A stretch of 63,643 nt of DNA, counting the filler, from Octopus bimaculoides (lineage: Eukaryota): the NCBI RefSeq assembly GCF_001194135.2. It is 5 parts of 4 records of this genome, joined end to end, with 100 filler letters (N's around TTAATTAATTAA, not from the genome) between each part and the next. Parts side by side here need not be neighbours in the genome. Positions count along the whole stretch, not along the records: positions 57,385 to 63,643 come from NC_069010.1; 4 more parts are not named here. One strand, given 5' to 3'. Both the position numbers and the translations under genes were made by a program. The notes under the pieces are model-generated. The model had not been told where the DNA came from. It saw only the letters and a list, made by a program, of their open reading frames with translations, and did no database searches. How positions within the stretch are numbered: the stretch's first letter is position 1; every line of letters starts with the position of its first letter. Of the stretch, positions 62,424 to 63,643 are shown piece after piece.

Positions 62424-63404
62424 NNNNNNNNNNNNNNNNNNNNNNNNNNNNNNNNNNNNNNNNNNNNNNNNNNNNNNNNNNNNNNNNNNNNNNNNNNNNN
62501 NNNNNNNNNNNNNNNNNNNNNNNNNNNNNNNNNNNNNNNNNNNNNNNNNNNNNNNNNNNNNNNNNNNNNNNNNNNNNNNNNNNNNNNNNNNNNNNNNNNN
62601 NNNNNNNNNNNNNNNNNNNNNNNNNNNNNNNNNNNNNNNNNNNNNNNNNNNNNNNNNNNNNNNNNNNNNNNNNNNNNNNNNNNNNNNNNNNNNNNNNNNN
62701 NNNNNNNNNNNNNNNNNNNNNNNNNNNNNNNNNNNNNNNNNNNNNNNNNNNNNNNNNNNNNNNNNNNNNNNNNNNNNNNNNNNNNNNNNNNNNNNNNNNN
62801 NNNNNNNNNNNNNNNNNNNNNNNNNNNNNNNNNNNNNNNNNNNNNNNNNNNNNNNNNNNNNNNNNNNNNNNNNNNNNNNNNNNNNNNNNNNNNNNNNNNN
62901 NNNNNNNNNNNNNNNNNNNNNNNNNNNNNNNNNNNNNNNNNNNNNNNNNNNNNNNNNNNNNNNNNNNNNNNNNNNNNNNNNNNNNNNNNNNNNNNNNNNN
63001 NNNNNNNNNNNNNNNNNNNNNNNNNNNNNNNNNNNNNNNNNNNNNNNNNNNNNNNNNNNNNNNNNNNNNNNNNNNNNNNNNNNNNNNNNNNNNNNNNNNN
63101 NNNNNNNNNNNNNNNNNNNNNNNNNNNNNNNNNNNNNNNNNNNNNNNNNNNNNNNNNNNNNNNNNNNNNNNNNNNNNNNNNNNNNNNNNNNNNNNNNNNN
63201 NNNNNNGGGTGAAAGGGGGGGAGTGGGGGGAGTGAAGAGGAGGAAAGGGTTGGGATGAATCTTGATTGGATAAATACTTACAATTATGTCTCTGTATGCA
63301 CACACACACATAATGTATGTATACACACACATATATATATATGTTATGTGTCTACCTACCCACCTACCCACCTACCTATCTCTCTTTGTGTCTATCTCTC
63401 TATA

Positions 63405-63601
63405 TCTGTCTTGGCTTCCCAACCACATGGTTTTCGGTTCGATTCTATTGCGTGGCACTCTGGCCAAGTTACTTCTACTATAATCCCCGGTCAGACCAAA
63501 GACTTGTTGTACATATATGTGTGTGTATATATGTATGTATGTATGGCCTCAGAGTGAATAGTAATAATAATCTAATTAAGGAAACTGAAAAGAAGCCTGT
63601 C

Positions 63602-63605
<4 letters not shown>
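63405..63605 (+). mobile_element. SINE family B, partial 5' half
   Basis: gcttcccaaccacatggtt..gcgtggcactctggccaagttacttctact..ggaaactgaaaagaagcc. Confidence 0.72.

Positions 63606-63643
<38 letters not shown>

Overview
AT-rich, gap-ridden eukaryotic scaffold, full of microsatellites. The SINE and LINE families suggest an octopus/coleoid genome (inference). Most ORF-track entries are microsatellite or N-gap artefacts. The best-supported host coding is the 3' end of a + strand gene: a phase-1/phase-1 six-Cys exon (9755-9928) and a terminal exon with a GPI-signal-like hydrophobic tail (15168-15256). The intervening intron holds an all-antisense retroelement stack: R4/Dong-type LINE, a nested Penelope-like element (GIY-YIG, tRNA-like segment, minimal hammerhead motif, inverted terminal copy), an RTE tail and a SINE. 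Elsewhere: a canonical non-autonomous Helitron with internal hairpins, a hAT MITE, a 181-bp near-perfect palindrome, three Tc1/mariner relics, more R4/Dong, Tx1-like and Neptune-like fragments, many tRNA-derived SINEs, a triplicated exon-like unit next to an acidic frame, and decayed protein-coding relics of unknown family (47.1-53.6 kb). All translations and alignments were done by eye; no database search was run, and TE boundaries are approximate unless termini are quoted.
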